Source: Myxococcota bacterium (GTDB lineage: Bacteria; Myxococcota_A; UBA796; SXON01). Taken from it: a stretch of 64,000 bases of DNA. The notes below the pieces were generated by a model, which made no database searches, was not told the DNA's origin, and saw nothing but the letters and a program-made list of their open reading frames with translations. A program made the translations under genes and the position numbers. Below, piece by piece: positions 62,238 to 64,000 of the stretch (the stretch's first letter is position 1; each line of letters opens with the position of its first letter). The stretch covers positions 94,984-158,983 of the forward strand of contig JAZKFH010000047.1 of the NCBI GenBank assembly GCA_040386535.1, in the 5' to 3' direction.

Positions 62238-62753
62238 ATGTGCACTCTCATCGAGACGGACCGATTTGTCCTCCGCGAGCTCGGGCCCGATGACGCGGAG
62301 GAGATGTACGCGCTGAACGCCGATCCTGAGGTGGTCCGGTACACCGGAAACGGGCCCTTCGCCTCGGTGGAGGAGGCACGGGCCTTCCTCGAGAGCTACG
62401 ACGCCTACCGCGTACAGCGGATGGGCCGCTGGGGCGTCATCGCGAAGGATGGCGGCTCCTGGCTCGGCTGGTGCGGCCTCAAACGTGATTCCCACGGCGA
62501 GGTCGATCTCGGCTACCGGCTCCACCGGCGGTTCTGGGGCCGGGGCGTGGCCACCGAGACCGGCGCGGCCTCCCTCGAGTACGGGTTCGGCCCCCTCGCG
62601 CTCGACCGCATCGTCGGCCGCGTCCTCCCGGAGAACCATGCCTCGCACCGGGTGCTACAGAAGCTCGGGATGCGCCGCGTGGCCGACCAGGTCGAGGACG
62701 GTGTTGTGTGGCAGGTCTATGCGCTCGGTGCTGACGATAGGATGGGTGCGTGA
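62238..62753 (+). CDS. RimJ/RimL-type GNAT N-acetyltransferase
   Basis: IETDRFVLRE, LGYRL...FWGRGVATE, NHASHRVLQKLGM. Confidence 0.92.
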   Translation: MCTLIETDRFVLRELGPDDAEEMYALNADPEVVRYTGNGPFASVEEARAFLESYDAYRVQRMGRWGVIAKDGGSWLGWCGLKRDSHGEVDLGYRLHRRFWGRGVATETGAASLEYGFGPLALDRIVGRVLPENHASHRVLQKLGMRRVADQVEDGVVWQVYALGADDRMGA

Positions 62754-62763
62754 GGGCTCTTAG

Positions 62764-63952
62764 GAGCCCGTAGCGCGTAGCCCGGAGGGCCTGCTCCTGG
62801 CGCCCCAGGTAGCCGCGCGCCGCGGCCGACACGCCCCCCGCGGCGGGCGTTGGAATTCTGGAATTCCCAAGGCGCACATTCGGACGGATCGACGTTGATC
62901 CTCCGGTGTGCTGGAATTCGGGAATGTCCAAGCAGTACCGCGACGCCTCATCCGCGCAGACCCTCCTGCTCCCGCCCTCGCTCCAGGACTGGCTCCCCGA
63001 GGGCCACATCGCCAACTTCGTTGTCGACGTGGTGACGGACCTGGACCTTTCAGCGATCGAGTCGGTGATCCAAGGGAAGGACCCACGCGGCGAGCGCCCC
63101 TACTCGCCACAGATGATGGTCGCACTGCTGTTCTACGCTTACACGTGCGGCACCTTCTCGTCGCGCCGGATCGCGCGGGCATGCGTCGAGAACGTCGCCT
63201 TCCGCGTGGTGAGCGGGAACCACCAGCCGCACTTCACCGTCATCGCCGGGTTCCGGCGCCGGTACCTTCGGCAGCTGGAAGCGCTGTTCCTGCAGGTTCT
63301 CCGGCTCTGCCAGGCGGCGGGCATGGCGAAGGGTGAGCACGTCCACGTCGACGGCACGAAGGTCCAGGCCAACGCGAGCAAGCACAAGGCGATGAGCTAC
63401 GCCGGGATGAAGGAGAGGGAGGCCCGGTTGAAGAAGGAGATCGACGAGCTGTTGAAGGCCGCCGAGAAGGCCGACGCGACGGACGACGGGCGGCTGGGCG
63501 AGGGAAAGGACGAGGACGATGGCGTGGCACCGGAGGTGAAACGCCGCGAGTCACGACGCGAGTGGATCCGGCAACAACGCCTCGCCCTGGAGGACGAAGC
63601 GCGGCACGCCCGCGCGGCGGAACTCCGCGAACAGGCGGCGGAGCAACGGCGGAAGGCCGACGACGAACCTGTCGCCGCTGAGGAGAAGCGGAAGAACACC
63701 CGTGCCAAGACGGCGGAGGAGAAGGCGGAAGCGCTCGAGCGGGAGACCATGTCCGACCCGCCCGCCGCAGATGCGCTGCCACGCCACGCGCCCGCGACCG
63801 AGCCGGACGGCACCCCCAAGCCCGAGTCCCAGCGGAACTTCACGGATCCGGACAGCCGGATCATGCTCGGCAAGAAGGGAGCGTACGAGCGGTGCTACAA
63901 CGGGCAGGTGGTCATCGACGAGAGCAGCCACGTCATCCTCGCCCTTCGGTGA
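62764..63952 (+). mobile_element. Truncated IS1182-family insertion sequence (left end probably GAGCCCGTAG.. after TTAG)
   Basis: Contains the transposase ORF; left end inferred, right end absent. Confidence 0.7.
62924..63952 (+). pseudogene. IS1182-family transposase, C-terminally truncated
   Basis: LLPPSLQDWLPEGH, SSRRIA, PHFTVI..FR, DGTKVQANASKHK, TDPDSRIM..YNGQ; the second D and the E of DDE are missing. Confidence 0.88.
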
Positions 63953-63998
63953 GGCTCACGATCCTGTCCTGGGCCACCTTCTGGGCGATCACGAGGCG
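63933..63998 (-). pseudogene. End of a second, convergent IS1182/IS5-type transposase fragment
   Basis: RLVIAQKVAQDRIVSLT resembles the 'A.DRIVS..DPEARHG.K' motif; only 22 codons are visible. Confidence 0.5.
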
Positions 63999-64000
63999 CC

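Overview
This is a very GC-rich bacterial chromosomal window, most likely from a Myxococcota-type organism, judged from MYXO-CTERM tails, Cys/Asp-rich 'DCDD..DNDCDG' repeat proteins, a eukaryote-like Ser/Thr kinase and many short-signal lipoproteins. It holds about 57 genes. These include a TraA/TraB-like surface protein + OmpA/TSP3 barrel pair, a TonB-ExbB-ExbD-ExbD operon extended by a truncated globin, an XPB helicase/partner/xseB operon, pruA, a rifampin-phosphotransferase-like PEP-utilizing enzyme, a DUF3142/TPR pair, Ca-binding repeat lipoproteins, dinB, sugE, two GMC oxidoreductases, a di-heme peroxidase, a fused 2-oxoacid dehydrogenase E1 and a truncated IS1182-family transposase. The most notable unannotated signals are non-coding: (i) a ~187-nt end-paired structured RNA with two cUUCGg tetraloops that starts right after a sigma70-like promoter in front of the XPB operon; (ii) several miniature inverted-repeat elements, one with a clean 9-bp target duplication inside a 52-bp hairpin tandem array; (iii) a complete sigma54/IHF/palindrome promoter architecture; (iv) a head-to-head junction of two broken IS1182-family transposases. 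No rRNA, tRNA or CRISPR array was found. All family calls come from motif recognition by eye, not database searches.
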